Of a stretch of 27,425 nucleotides of DNA, positions 8,575-18,072 are shown piece after piece (within the stretch, counting starts at the first letter, position 1; every line of letters starts with the position of its first letter). This DNA comes from a virus. Lineage: Duplodnaviria > Caudoviricetes. Both the position numbers and the translations under genes were made by a program. The notes under the pieces are model-generated. The model searched no databases. It was given only the letters and a program-made list of their open reading frames with translations, and was not told where the DNA came from. The stretch covers positions 1-27,425 of the IMG/VR virus record IMGVR_UViG_3300010219_000073. The stretch is one strand, 5' to 3'.

Positions 8575-9411
8575 TTATGGCAATATCGATTTCTGTACTT
8601 TGAAAGTTGGTAAGGTGCCTAGTGTTTTAACGGTAAGGTTACCTACACTTGCGGAAGCAGTACTGCCAGGCATTATTCTAAGCGCTACTCCTTTTGGAAC
8701 AGGTGTGTAAAGTGGAAGCGTGTTATTGAAACTAGCTCCTGAGTAGTTTCCAACTGCTCCCACAAAGTTGTTGAAGTTTAGATTAGTATCCGTCCAACCG
8801 CTTAGGTTACAGGAAAGCACTCCCTGCCCTCCACCACCAAACCATTTAAAGCCATTGATGTTTGTAAGAAATGTTCTGGGTATGAGGAGAATGGAAGCTG
8901 CACGAACATCGATTTGGTTTGTGGTTGAACACCATAACCTTACTCCAACTGTGTCCCCTGCTTGTGTTTGAGTGTTACTAGAAACTGGCATCAGGAAAGT
9001 CCACCACCTCCCTCCGGTAACATTCATGGCACCGCTTCCCGTTGTGAAGTTTGTACCATTAAGCTGAGTCCTAAAGTTCAGGGTGAGCAAGCTTGCAGAG
9101 TTATTGAACCCTCCCATCACTAAATAGGCATTCCAGTCGTCTACATCTGAGTTAACTGGGTAATCACTGGTTAAGAGAGTCTTTGTATAATGAGGGCTTC
9201 CTGTTCCAGGATCTGAGGTTGCCGTAACAAAGAAAGGAGTAAACTCTTCGGAGATTGCAGCACTCCAGGGACTTGTGCTTAGATCAACGTCACTAGTCGT
9301 AAAACTAGAGCTTCCACCCCCACCAGGAATAACATCCGTTGGCAGTTGATCGCCACTTGGCATTTCAGCCGGCAATCCATTATAAAGAACAATAGGTCGT
9401 CTTACTGTCAC
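8575..9411 (-). CDS. Fibre / receptor-binding-like virion protein
   Basis: Short N-terminal anchor MTVRRPIVLYNGLPAEMPSGDQLP, GGGGSSS linker, then a Thr/Gly/Asn-rich beta domain. Confidence 0.55.
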   Translation of the reverse strand: MTVRRPIVLYNGLPAEMPSGDQLPTDVIPGGGGSSSFTTSDVDLSTSPWSAAISEEFTPFFVTATSDPGTGSPHYTKTLLTSDYPVNSDVDDWNAYLVMGGFNNSASLLTLNFRTQLNGTNFTTGSGAMNVTGGRWWTFLMPVSSNTQTQAGDTVGVRLWCSTTNQIDVRAASILLIPRTFLTNINGFKWFGGGGQGVLSCNLSGWTDTNLNFNNFVGAVGNYSGASFNNTLPLYTPVPKGVALRIMPGSTASASVGNLTVKTLGTLPTFKVQKSILP

Positions 9412-9424
9412 TTCTTCTATTCCC

Positions 9425-9934
9425 TTATGCTATGGTAACCGGTGTTCCTGTGATCCATCGAGCGGTCGTTGCAGTAAGAGCAACTACAACAGGCTGCACA
9501 AGCTGTCCTGATGTTGTGGGAGGTGTGACCGTTACACCACCAGGAGTTGTGGCACTAAGAAAATAGATAGCTCCTGGGGTTAATCCGGACAGTTGATCGT
9601 TCGTACCGTCTAACTGCACGGTTGCAGTTGAGCCACTTAAGTAAGTCTGCCTTACAAATCCTCTCCCTGGCTTATTAGAACCAGCATCAGCTTTACGGAT
9701 TTTGGTTACTCCCAAGTCATTCCAGATGTTTACGATATCCCCTGCCGTTAGTCCTTCACTGCACACAGCCATAAAGTTTTCCGCACCGATACCGGACGGC
9801 ATAAAGGACTCATCCCATTTTCCATTGGCATCAAGAGCAGGGATTTTTCCAGCATCCCCAGAACCCGTTGAAGTAGTTGGAGGAGTCTTGAGTGTATGAA
9901 CACCATTAACGAGATCTAAAAATTTGTCGGACAT
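9425..9934 (-). CDS. Virion structural protein, capsid-cement / fibre-base-like
   Basis: Motifs AGKIPALDANGK, EGLTAGDIVNIW, LTPGAIYFLSATTPG, recalled from small phage decoration and fibre-adaptor proteins. Confidence 0.55.
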   Translation of the reverse strand: MSDKFLDLVNGVHTLKTPPTTSTGSGDAGKIPALDANGKWDESFMPSGIGAENFMAVCSEGLTAGDIVNIWNDLGVTKIRKADAGSNKPGRGFVRQTYLSGSTATVQLDGTNDQLSGLTPGAIYFLSATTPGGVTVTPPTTSGQLVQPVVVALTATTARWITGTPVTIA

Positions 9935-9977
9935 TTATAAGAGCCTCTATCAAAAAAAGGTGTATCAGATTAAAATG

Positions 9978-10436
9978 TTATGTAAGAGTTGGAGCTTTGA
10001 TATCAACCACCATAGAAGTTTGGGAGGTTGGAAATCCCAGCATTAAGATAAATCCAGCCGTTGGTACCGTTTGCGTGAGTAAGCCATTAGGACCTAAAAA
10101 GACCGGAATATCTGGCAGCCAATTAAACGTAGGTTCAATAATCTCTCCATTAGGAACAATGGTGACCTCCTGATTAGCGAGTCCCGCTGTAATTGTAACT
10201 CCAACAACTTTAGTTGCGTGTGAGGGAATAGAGTTATCGGCATAGATAACCTTTCCACTATTATCAACCGTTACTGCCTTATGGCCGCTTATGTTCGTTG
10301 CACAAATCTTTTTTAATAAAGGATTTCCGTCTTTGCCAGGCGGACCTTGTTTAGCAACAGCTAAAAGGGCAACCTTTCTCCTGTTAAGACTAATCTCTGC
10401 AAATCGTTTTGTTAGGTTTAATTCTACTCTCTGCAT
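9978..10436 (-). CDS. Virion structural protein, capsid-cement / fibre-base-like (distant paralogue of 9425-9934)
   Basis: QGPPGKDG mini-collagen, then ISGHKAV...YADN...VVGVT...PVFLGPNGLLTQTVP. Confidence 0.55.
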   Translation of the reverse strand: MQRVELNLTKRFAEISLNRRKVALLAVAKQGPPGKDGNPLLKKICATNISGHKAVTVDNSGKVIYADNSIPSHATKVVGVTITAGLANQEVTIVPNGEIIEPTFNWLPDIPVFLGPNGLLTQTVPTAGFILMLGFPTSQTSMVVDIKAPTLT

Positions 10437-10447
10437 TGTTGGAGTAA

Positions 10448-10813
10448 TTATAGACTAAATGTAACGGATTGCACGAACTTTATTTTACCCTTCGCAACCA
10501 ATATGGCCTCGTTATCAGGAGGTATTAACCAAATGTCGTATAAGTACTCAGGTTGTTTGAGCGTATTGCAAACGGTACTGGAAAGATAAATCCTGAACTC
10601 GCCTGGATCGGTAAGTACTGTTCCTTCTGGTGTGGCTGAAGGAGTCACATCGGAATAACGGTACTTCACAGTACACCGAACGCTCCAACCTGTAATGTCA
10701 ACCGGCACCTTGTCAACACTATAAGTCATTATGTGATCAATAGCACTGCCACGCGGAACGATAATGTCTAATTCCGCCGGTTCAAGACCACTACCATAAA
10801 CTTCATTTGACAT
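10448..10813 (-). CDS. BppU N-terminal-like adaptor protein
   Basis: IPRGS-like segment, PVDITGWSVRCTVK, YLYDIWL...KGKIKFVQSVT pattern typical of small Ig-like fibre adaptors. Confidence 0.6.
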   Translation of the reverse strand: MSNEVYGSGLEPAELDIIVPRGSAIDHIMTYSVDKVPVDITGWSVRCTVKYRYSDVTPSATPEGTVLTDPGEFRIYLSSTVCNTLKQPEYLYDIWLIPPDNEAILVAKGKIKFVQSVTFSL

Positions 10814-10838
10814 AAGTATTTAGATTCGAAACCAAAGC

Positions 10839-11345
10839 TCAAATACGAAACCATAAAGGTTTAGTTGTAGTACGTTCATCATCTTCAATGGTACCATTCT
10901 GAGAAAGATCTGGCTTTAATAACTTCACTGCCTGAGACATTCGGATTTTGTATTTCTCTTTCCAAATGTCCCGTAAGGCAATGTAGTAATCCATATTACG
11001 TTCTTGCCCCATCTTGAAGCTGATCGAGAGTTCATCAATCATGCTTAGAACCGTTGCAGCAATAGCCGCACGCTTTAGGACTTCTGGGTTTTGAAGCTTG
11101 TCTAAGATCGTGTCAAGCTCCGTTAAGGTATAACCACTATAATAGTCGGTACCAACAAACGCTTTGAAGAGTGGCGGTAACTCTACTAGGAGTTCTGTCT
11201 CAAGCATTGCTTTAGCATTCGCTTTGTTACGTTCAAAGAACGAAGCATCACCGTTTGGTGGAAGTAGGAAGTTTTTACTTCCTACTTCCGTACTCCAGTC
11301 GGTTTCATCAAAGAGAGAGAGTTCTAGCCAGGAAGTTGGGGCCAT
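10839..11345 (-). CDS. Putative head-tail adaptor
   Basis: 168 aa helical protein immediately after the major capsid gene; position-based. Confidence 0.55.
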   Translation of the reverse strand: MAPTSWLELSLFDETDWSTEVGSKNFLLPPNGDASFFERNKANAKAMLETELLVELPPLFKAFVGTDYYSGYTLTELDTILDKLQNPEVLKRAAIAATVLSMIDELSISFKMGQERNMDYYIALRDIWKEKYKIRMSQAVKLLKPDLSQNGTIEDDERTTTKPLWFRI

Positions 11346-11363
11346 AGGATCGCTCCTTAGTTA

Positions 11364-12296
11364 TTATCCTGCGCTGTTGATAATAACTGCACGGCTAAGG
11401 TCTAACTCCTTCACACCCCACTTAACATCAAGGGAGTACACCCAGCTACGAATGTCGGTCTTGTAGTACTTCTGAACGCGAAGGGAAACACCGGTCTCAG
11501 GATCGGTAACGATTTCTTCTTCAACGGCAGCACCACCATGAGCATCCGCACGCTCGAACTCTAAGAACCCGATAACGAAGGCAAAGCGGTCAAACAAGAC
11601 GTTTTTGGTAACAAGAGGGTCACCGCTGGAAGTAATGTGTTGAGAATAATCTATCGCCACGTTATAAAGGTTAGGCATCTTACCCCTAGTGATCGCGTCC
11701 GTTGAACCAACGTTCATCGCGTTCACATACTTCTGTTCATCGAGCAAGTCCTTATAATATCCCTTTGGATTTGTGACAAATGTGGTACGCGATGGATCGA
11801 CCTGCAACCCGTTATTGGTGAGCATGGTAATAGCATCACGGAAGAGATCGTCCGAGAGGGGAACCGGAGAAGCCGCAGAACCCACCGATTGAGTAACCAG
11901 GGAGCTAAGAGACAGTAAGCTTTGATCGATTGAGGTTACGATACCGTCCAGCATTGCGGAGTAGACCATTTGTAGCCACCGGTCAAAGTTGCCCTGGGTA
12001 TAACGGGACTCTGCTTCATTTGCCGTGATAACGATTTCCTTATGGTTCGTAAAATCTAACGTAACTCCATCATTGATGTTTACGTCCTGAGGGACCGCCG
12101 GAGTGGTGTAACTCACATTGGTCGGTGTCATAATGGAGGCAGGTTTGGTAATACGAACAGAGTTACCACCCTGTGCTATGTTCTGTTGAGTAGTCTCGAC
12201 ATAGGTCCTGCCTAGGATCGCTACCTTTTTACGAAGGTATTCTAAAGAGAAACCGCTAAGGAGACCTGGAATAAGTTGGGAGTATTGATTAGCCAT
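11364..12296 (-). CDS. Major capsid protein (P22 coat-like, HK97 fold)
   Basis: 310 aa; GNSVRITKP, TLDFTNHKE, IDQSLL, GVSLRVQKYY and LDVKWGVKEL motifs; follows the scaffold gene. Confidence 0.88.
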   Translation of the reverse strand: MANQYSQLIPGLLSGFSLEYLRKKVAILGRTYVETTQQNIAQGGNSVRITKPASIMTPTNVSYTTPAVPQDVNINDGVTLDFTNHKEIVITANEAESRYTQGNFDRWLQMVYSAMLDGIVTSIDQSLLSLSSLVTQSVGSAASPVPLSDDLFRDAITMLTNNGLQVDPSRTTFVTNPKGYYKDLLDEQKYVNAMNVGSTDAITRGKMPNLYNVAIDYSQHITSSGDPLVTKNVLFDRFAFVIGFLEFERADAHGGAAVEEEIVTDPETGVSLRVQKYYKTDIRSWVYSLDVKWGVKELDLSRAVIINSAG

Positions 12297-12297
12297 G

Positions 12298-12371
12298 TAA
12301 GCTGTTAGGATTGATTAAGCTGTTAGGATTAAGCTGTTAGGATTAAGCTGTTAGGATTAAGCTGTTAGGAT
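12298..12371. repeat. Five identical 14-bp repeats abutting the capsid start codon
   Basis: taagctgttaggat at 12298, 12316, 12330, 12344, 12358; degenerate ~15-bp repeats continue to ~12470. Confidence 0.95.
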
Positions 12372-12512
12372 TGAATTTGAGGATTAAGAATTTGACAGAG
12401 GATCAAAGATCAGAGAATTAAAACCTTAAGGTATTAAAGATTAGAGAATCAAAGATTGGGGTTAAAAGAGCAAGGGAGTTATCGTATTCTTAACTCTATT
12501 TTACTTTTAACC

Positions 12513-13382
12513 TTATTTTACTTTTAGTTCACCTTTCCTAAAACGATTGTAAAGTTCGATTGCCGTCGCGCCATCTAAATTTCCAAGCGTAGCATGAACG
12601 CTCGCATTACCGCTCGCATTACCGTTAGTATGACTTTCGACACCAGTTCTGCCTTTCATTCCTTGTGGTGCCGAGGGACGGACCATGTGAGGACGGTCTT
12701 TGATCAGTGCCGCAACTACTTCAGTAACGGTTGCAGGTTCGTGATTGCGTGAAGCTTCACGGACTAGGTCGCCACTCTTGGTATAGACCTGGATCTTACC
12801 ATTTACATTTTTAGCGTAGTAGTTACTATTAAAGATGGTTGTTACATCGTTGACAGAATAGACATTGAAATTACTAAGTGCCTTAATGACTTCGTTCTCT
12901 GTAATGTACTGGGTAACGTTCTCCTGAAGTCTCGCCTTTTCTCGTTCGGAAGCCTCGGCACGTAAGCGGTAGGTTTCCTTTTCTTCATCGGTCTGCGTAT
13001 TTGAGTTTAAGGATTCTGCTTTTCTTGCTTGTTCCGTTTTCGATTGTTCGGCTGTGAGCTTGATGCCTGAAGTCTTAATACCCAACGTTTTGAGTGATTC
13101 AATCGTCTTTTGAAGAGACTGGATAGGGTCACCTTCATCTGCTGTCACAATTCCTAATTCCTTAAGAGAGGTAAGCATTTCCTTCGCAGCTTGTCCCTTA
13201 CCTTCCAAAAGTCCGTTTTCGAAAGAGTTACCCTGCTTGTCAGTTTTGGATTCGAGTTCAAATTTGTTACTCTGGTGACCAGCATTGTTGGTTAGTTGTT
13301 GCAGCAGTTGAGCTACTGCATCGGTCGGATTAGAAGAACCATTGCTGTTCTCTTGTGTACTGTTATTATTATTTGTCTCCAT
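12513..13382 (-). CDS. Capsid scaffolding protein
   Basis: 289 aa, low-complexity N-terminus, coiled coil, Gly-rich linker and short C-terminal helix; between portal and capsid. Confidence 0.75.
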   Translation of the reverse strand: METNNNNSTQENSNGSSNPTDAVAQLLQQLTNNAGHQSNKFELESKTDKQGNSFENGLLEGKGQAAKEMLTSLKELGIVTADEGDPIQSLQKTIESLKTLGIKTSGIKLTAEQSKTEQARKAESLNSNTQTDEEKETYRLRAEASEREKARLQENVTQYITENEVIKALSNFNVYSVNDVTTIFNSNYYAKNVNGKIQVYTKSGDLVREASRNHEPATVTEVVAALIKDRPHMVRPSAPQGMKGRTGVESHTNGNASGNASVHATLGNLDGATAIELYNRFRKGELKVK

Positions 13383-14976
13383 GTATTAATGCATTTTCTG
13401 GATTAACCGTCTTTGAATTTTCTTCTGGGATTAAAGCTTTTTGGATTAAATCGGCTTGGGAAGGTTGGTCGATCGGACTCTCTTTTTCTACTTGCATCTT
13501 TTCGACTTGCTTCTTCTCTAACTGCTGCGTTTCTAATTCTTTTTTAACCTGTTCATCAATTTCCTGTTCGATTGTCTTTAAGAGCTTAGAGTCAATACCT
13601 GGCAGGGTTGCCCGCCAAATCTTTTTGGTTAGTTCACCTGCTGCCGTGATACTGGTTGGCATGGAACCACTGGAAAGGATTTGTCCTAAGGTGGTGGCTT
13701 CGGTCATAATTTCCTGAGCACCTTTCATCTCAAAAGAGATGGGATAAGTAACCGTAACTGGCTTTATGCCACTGGTTGCTAACTGCCCATCTGCTATGAG
13801 TTTAGTGATCTTCCGGTCGGCACTCTCGAAGAACTGAGCAATCTCGCTCATCACGCCATGCTCAGGAACGGCATCTAAGAGCTTAGCAATGCCGCTTTGA
13901 GTAGTGACAGTTGATACGTCTCTTAATCTGGCAGCGTGAGCAATGTTCTGGGGTGCTAACTCAAACTTGATCTTGGTTAACATCTCGATTTCCATTGCCG
14001 GGGTCTCTAGGTAACGGGTCGCTACATAGCTTGAACCGCCTCGCTCTACAATAACCTGACTTGCTCCTGTCCCTTGTTTAGAGGTGTGTTCCGCTGTATC
14101 CTGACTCATTACCACTTTAGGAAAGAGGTGCATGTAGCCCGCTTCCACCAGCATTGAGGTAAACTGTAAGTTCGCTATCGAAAGCTGAATGATATTGTAC
14201 ATGAACGCATGGCCTATGGTATTCTCATAGTAGCTACCGAAGAGACCTTTTACCATTCGGTTGAGATCGTTATACGGATAGCTACCATAATTACCAATGG
14301 AGGCCATATTTTCACTGTACGCAATCCGGACCATTGGAACACGGCCAAAGTTGTGAGGTAAAACCTTCACTTGAAGCCTGTCGGCTTTTTTGTCTTTAGC
14401 CCTAATGATTGTCTCTTTTTCGGTAAGGATGATTAAGTCATCACCACATTCGAAAGAGATCCATAAGAACTCGCCGTTTGGCTTCCGTTCAAAGTTGCGA
14501 ACCCACTGTGGATAGATAATTTTTGGTACCGGCTTAATCCCCTGCTCAACCTGTTCACCATAGTTTGCGGGCATCTCATCTAACTCTGGAAACTTCACCC
14601 AAACATAGAGTTCAGGCATAAGTAGAGACCAGGGAGCGAACTGCTGTTGAAACCACTGTTTGTAATCGGTCTTAAAGTATTCATCTAAGAGAGTGTCTCC
14701 ACAAGAACGTGTCACTTCATTGGTGCGGAATACTCCTTCCACATATTTAGAGCTAACCTGCTGAACATAGTTGTCATAGTGCCGCATCGTTGCAAGCCGT
14801 CTCCATTGGAGTTTATTCCAGGGCTCATGCTGAGAAAAGGCAAAGATGAAGGGAAAGAGCAACTCACCTCCATAGTAGCTTGCAATCGCTTCCGCCGCCT
14901 GGTTCGCAATGATGCGAAGGTTAGGACGCGGTTTCTCAGCATCTTCTAGAAGCTGTTCTATGGGGATTTCTGGCAT
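13369..14976 (-). CDS. Portal protein
   Basis: 535 aa directly after TerL; HNFGRVPMV and QSGIAK motifs, VTYPISF near the C-terminus. Confidence 0.85.
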   Translation of the reverse strand: MPEIPIEQLLEDAEKPRPNLRIIANQAAEAIASYYGGELLFPFIFAFSQHEPWNKLQWRRLATMRHYDNYVQQVSSKYVEGVFRTNEVTRSCGDTLLDEYFKTDYKQWFQQQFAPWSLLMPELYVWVKFPELDEMPANYGEQVEQGIKPVPKIIYPQWVRNFERKPNGEFLWISFECGDDLIILTEKETIIRAKDKKADRLQVKVLPHNFGRVPMVRIAYSENMASIGNYGSYPYNDLNRMVKGLFGSYYENTIGHAFMYNIIQLSIANLQFTSMLVEAGYMHLFPKVVMSQDTAEHTSKQGTGASQVIVERGGSSYVATRYLETPAMEIEMLTKIKFELAPQNIAHAARLRDVSTVTTQSGIAKLLDAVPEHGVMSEIAQFFESADRKITKLIADGQLATSGIKPVTVTYPISFEMKGAQEIMTEATTLGQILSSGSMPTSITAAGELTKKIWRATLPGIDSKLLKTIEQEIDEQVKKELETQQLEKKQVEKMQVEKESPIDQPSQADLIQKALIPEENSKTVNPENALIHGDK

Positions 14977-15017
14977 TGATTAAAAAACTTAGAAGCTATA
15001 AGATTAAAAGAGGAAGC

Positions 15018-16427
15018 TTAGAACAAGAAGCTGGATAACTGAGAAGTATTCGTATTACGGACCTTTTCTAATTCGGAGAACTGATTAATGAAATAACCAA
15101 AGGCATCGCTTGAGTGAGTTAGCACACCTGTCTTTTGCTTACTAAAGAGCATCTTACGAGTTACACGCTCAAAGTCTCTGATGTGATTTTTGGCTGTTGG
15201 ATCAATCCTTACGGAGACTTCACCTTTTGCATTTTTGAGAACCGTGTTTACATTATTAATACGGTCGTTGATCGGGCCTTGTGTCTCTTCGTGGTATTGA
15301 GCATTTGTAAAATAATTACGGATTTGCTGCCACGCGGACTCCGTAGCCTCTGCCTTATTACTGTTACCACTATGGTCTCCATAGAAATGGAGAGTACCAT
15401 AGGGAAGCTTTGTGTGATCGATATCAAACGATCTAAGTCTTGCATCCAACTCATGACACATCATTTCAACCGTTGCGTTTGGCAGGTACACCTCGCAAGG
15501 CACCCTATAGATTGTTGTCGGTGCTTTTGATGAACTATTTGGATGAACCGTGTTGAAGTCTACCTGGTAAATTCCCCAATTGTGGTGACCATAGTTGAAG
15601 TCACAAGAGACATGAATTCTGTCACCACTAATAAAAGGAGTCCCGACTACATGAGAACCTAACTGGAAGTTGTTATACGCACGTCCTGGAGCGGTAATAA
15701 AACTCGCATTGAACTCCTGTTCGTAAAGCTCCGGTGTATAGAATGCTTTAAGCTCTTCTAACTTGTGATCCGGAATTACATCGCTGCTCGGCCAATGAAA
15801 AGCCTCCCAGTTCTTATCTTTCCCTAATGATTGCTCATAGAGGGCGCGTTCGAACAGTTCTTTGAACTCCTGAGAACTTGGACCTTCAACGTCTGGAACG
15901 CCTAAGTGAATGCTCCACCCGTCACGCGGTACCAACATCGGGTAAATGTTCTTTTCCCAAATGTCCGCTTCAATGTCCGCTCGTTCATCTAATACGCACC
16001 CATCAAACTCAATACCTTCAATGCGTTCACTTGCCTTGAGTCCTACTAAATGGATTTCGTTACCGTGACGGGTAGTAATAATGTGATCGCTTTCTGAGAT
16101 GCTACCAACCCACAAGGGAGGCATCAGGTCCTTTAAGTCCTGCCATGCGATACGGATAACCTGGTCCTTTGTTGGAGCACCATAGAAGAACTTTGTTTTG
16201 TAGCTCTTCTTTTCACCTGCCGCTAGAATGAGCGTACGCTTTGCGATTTCCGTTTTAAGGGACCTGCGGCCAGCTACAACGACTTTGTGACGGCTGGTGC
16301 TGTTTAGATACCGTTTGCGGGGACCAGTAAGCCCAGGACAGCCTTTCTCAGTCATTCGAAACCACCGTCTGGGAAAGAGCAAATCTTTATTCGAACGATT
16401 TTTATATGTCCGGTTCTGGATTATCAT
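15018..16427 (-). CDS. terL: Terminase large subunit
   Basis: Walker A-like VVAGRRSLKT, YGAPT, Walker B CVLDE, YEQEFNASF, nuclease motifs SCDFN, GDHSG, HSSDAFGY. Confidence 0.93.
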   Translation of the reverse strand: MIIQNRTYKNRSNKDLLFPRRWFRMTEKGCPGLTGPRKRYLNSTSRHKVVVAGRRSLKTEIAKRTLILAAGEKKSYKTKFFYGAPTKDQVIRIAWQDLKDLMPPLWVGSISESDHIITTRHGNEIHLVGLKASERIEGIEFDGCVLDERADIEADIWEKNIYPMLVPRDGWSIHLGVPDVEGPSSQEFKELFERALYEQSLGKDKNWEAFHWPSSDVIPDHKLEELKAFYTPELYEQEFNASFITAPGRAYNNFQLGSHVVGTPFISGDRIHVSCDFNYGHHNWGIYQVDFNTVHPNSSSKAPTTIYRVPCEVYLPNATVEMMCHELDARLRSFDIDHTKLPYGTLHFYGDHSGNSNKAEATESAWQQIRNYFTNAQYHEETQGPINDRINNVNTVLKNAKGEVSVRIDPTAKNHIRDFERVTRKMLFSKQKTGVLTHSSDAFGYFINQFSELEKVRNTNTSQLSSFLF

Positions 16428-16902
16428 TTAAGGCATTCCCTTTTAACTCTTCATTAAGGTCACTTTCAGAAGGAGGTTCAAACCCTTGTTCAATATCAAA
16501 CCCCTTTTCAATATCAAATCCCTGTTCGGTGTATTGCTTTAAGAGTTTGCGTTGGGCTTCCTGAATCTCATCCAGTTTCTCGGAGTCCGATGAAGTACGG
16601 TGTTCGAGCTTTGTCACACTCCTCCACCGGTCCGGCTCGCGGTTGCATAGCCAAAAGATTATTGCTGGTATTTTCCCACTTACAGCACTTACGAAAAGCG
16701 CATCTTCGACCGCCTGGGAGGCAGCTTCTTCGGTATGGGCTACCTGTACGGCAAATTGAGGATCATTCTTCAGCCAGTCATAAAAGGTACGCCGTCCAAT
16801 ATTTGCAGCACGGCAGGCATCAATGACACGGGATCCTCTCGATATCGACTCCAGAACCCTCCGCTTTTTCAACTGAGTGGTTTCCGGAGACTCTTTCGAC
16901 AT
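16402..16902 (-). CDS. terS: Terminase small subunit
   Basis: N-terminal HTH (ACRAANIGRRTFYDWLKNDPQF), VEDALF...AIIFWLCNREPDRWR; upstream of terL. Confidence 0.85.
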   Translation of the reverse strand: MSKESPETTQLKKRRVLESISRGSRVIDACRAANIGRRTFYDWLKNDPQFAVQVAHTEEAASQAVEDALFVSAVSGKIPAIIFWLCNREPDRWRSVTKLEHRTSSDSEKLDEIQEAQRKLLKQYTEQGFDIEKGFDIEQGFEPPSESDLNEELKGNALNDNPEPDI

Positions 16903-16907
16903 AGCTG

Positions 16908-18014
16908 TTAACTCAAAGGATTAGAAGGGTTGGAAGGATTAGGAGAACTTGAAGGATTAGGAGAAGTGGAAGGATTAGGAGAAATAACTGAGACTGGATC
17001 TATCTTCGACAAAATGTTCTCCTTAATGTGAAGAGCGATTGCCCGCATGAACTTTGGAGGTACTGAGTTGCCTAACCTTGCGACTTGATCGAGATAGGTA
17101 CCGATAAGCTTAAAAGAGTCAGGAAAAGAAGCAACACGTTTTAACTCTTCTGCCGACAAATGCCGGTGTTCATAGGGATGGATTAGAAAGTTCGAATAGG
17201 GAATGAACATCTTTGTAATGGTTCTGGCCGGACGGTCTGGGTGAGCCCGTACGCAACTGTTCTTGTGATCGTAGGCTGTTTTGCGCAGTACTTTTGGAAT
17301 GTACTCTTTTAACAACTCCTTTGGTACACACTCTAACGCAGACTTTCCCTGGGTGATATAGGGAAGAACGATGGAGGCACCTCTACCCTCGGGAGCAAAG
17401 GTCTTACTTTTAACATCCTTAATTGCTTCCCACAGACCAACGATACGCTCTGTTCCAATGGGATGAGAGGGTTTAAGATCAAAGCTGTCACATAAGTCGT
17501 TTCTAACACCAATAAAGATCAGCCTTTTACGCCACTGGGGAACACCGTAATACATGGCGTTAAGCACTCTTGCTCTTACGGTGTAGCCGCAGGCTTTAAG
17601 GGAACGCATGGCCTCCGCAAAGATCAGTTTCATATTTCCTTGCACCATGCCTTCGACGTTTTCCATTACAAAAACTTTGGGCTTCAAGTCCCTTAGCAAT
17701 CTGCAGTACTCCCGAAAGAGCTGATTGCGGTCGTCTGTAAACTTGCGCTTACCGATCGTTGAAAATCCCTGGCATGGTGGTGAACCGTCTAATATGTCAA
17801 GCTCGCCTGGAGTGAGGCCCGTTCTCCGAAAGATTTCGTGAGTGGTGAGTTTTGATATATCCCCATAATAAAGATCGGTCTCTGGAAAATTTAACCGGTA
17901 GGTCTCAGCCGCATTCTTATCCCACTCGACCGCTAACAGGACTTTGCCACCAGCTTGCTTATACCCAAGAGAAGAACCACCACAACCGGAAAAGGTACTG
18001 ACAACAGTAAACAC
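16908..18014 (-). CDS. DNA (cytosine-5)-methyltransferase, orphan
   Basis: Motifs FSGCGG, GSPPCQGFS, ENV, QWRKR, GNSVPP; GTG start; no adjacent restriction endonuclease. Confidence 0.95.
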   Translation of the reverse strand: MFTVVSTFSGCGGSSLGYKQAGGKVLLAVEWDKNAAETYRLNFPETDLYYGDISKLTTHEIFRRTGLTPGELDILDGSPPCQGFSTIGKRKFTDDRNQLFREYCRLLRDLKPKVFVMENVEGMVQGNMKLIFAEAMRSLKACGYTVRARVLNAMYYGVPQWRKRLIFIGVRNDLCDSFDLKPSHPIGTERIVGLWEAIKDVKSKTFAPEGRGASIVLPYITQGKSALECVPKELLKEYIPKVLRKTAYDHKNSCVRAHPDRPARTITKMFIPYSNFLIHPYEHRHLSAEELKRVASFPDSFKLIGTYLDQVARLGNSVPPKFMRAIALHIKENILSKIDPVSVISPNPSTSPNPSSSPNPSNPSNPLS

Positions 18015-18072
18015 TATTTGTATGAGGATTAAAGAAAGGAGTTAAGGAAAAAGAGTTAAACAAAGAATGGAG

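Noticed and set aside
5021-10813. Contractile tail, tailocin or eCIS
   Set aside because: No sheath or baseplate wedge genes seen, and a full head-packaging set is present
12298-12371. CRISPR array
   Set aside because: Repeats are 14 bp and directly adjacent without unique spacers; no cas genes in the window
16908-18014. Restriction-modification system with the controller-like XRE genes
   Set aside because: No endonuclease is visible, the XRE genes are over 8 kb away, and orphan methylases beside terminases are common
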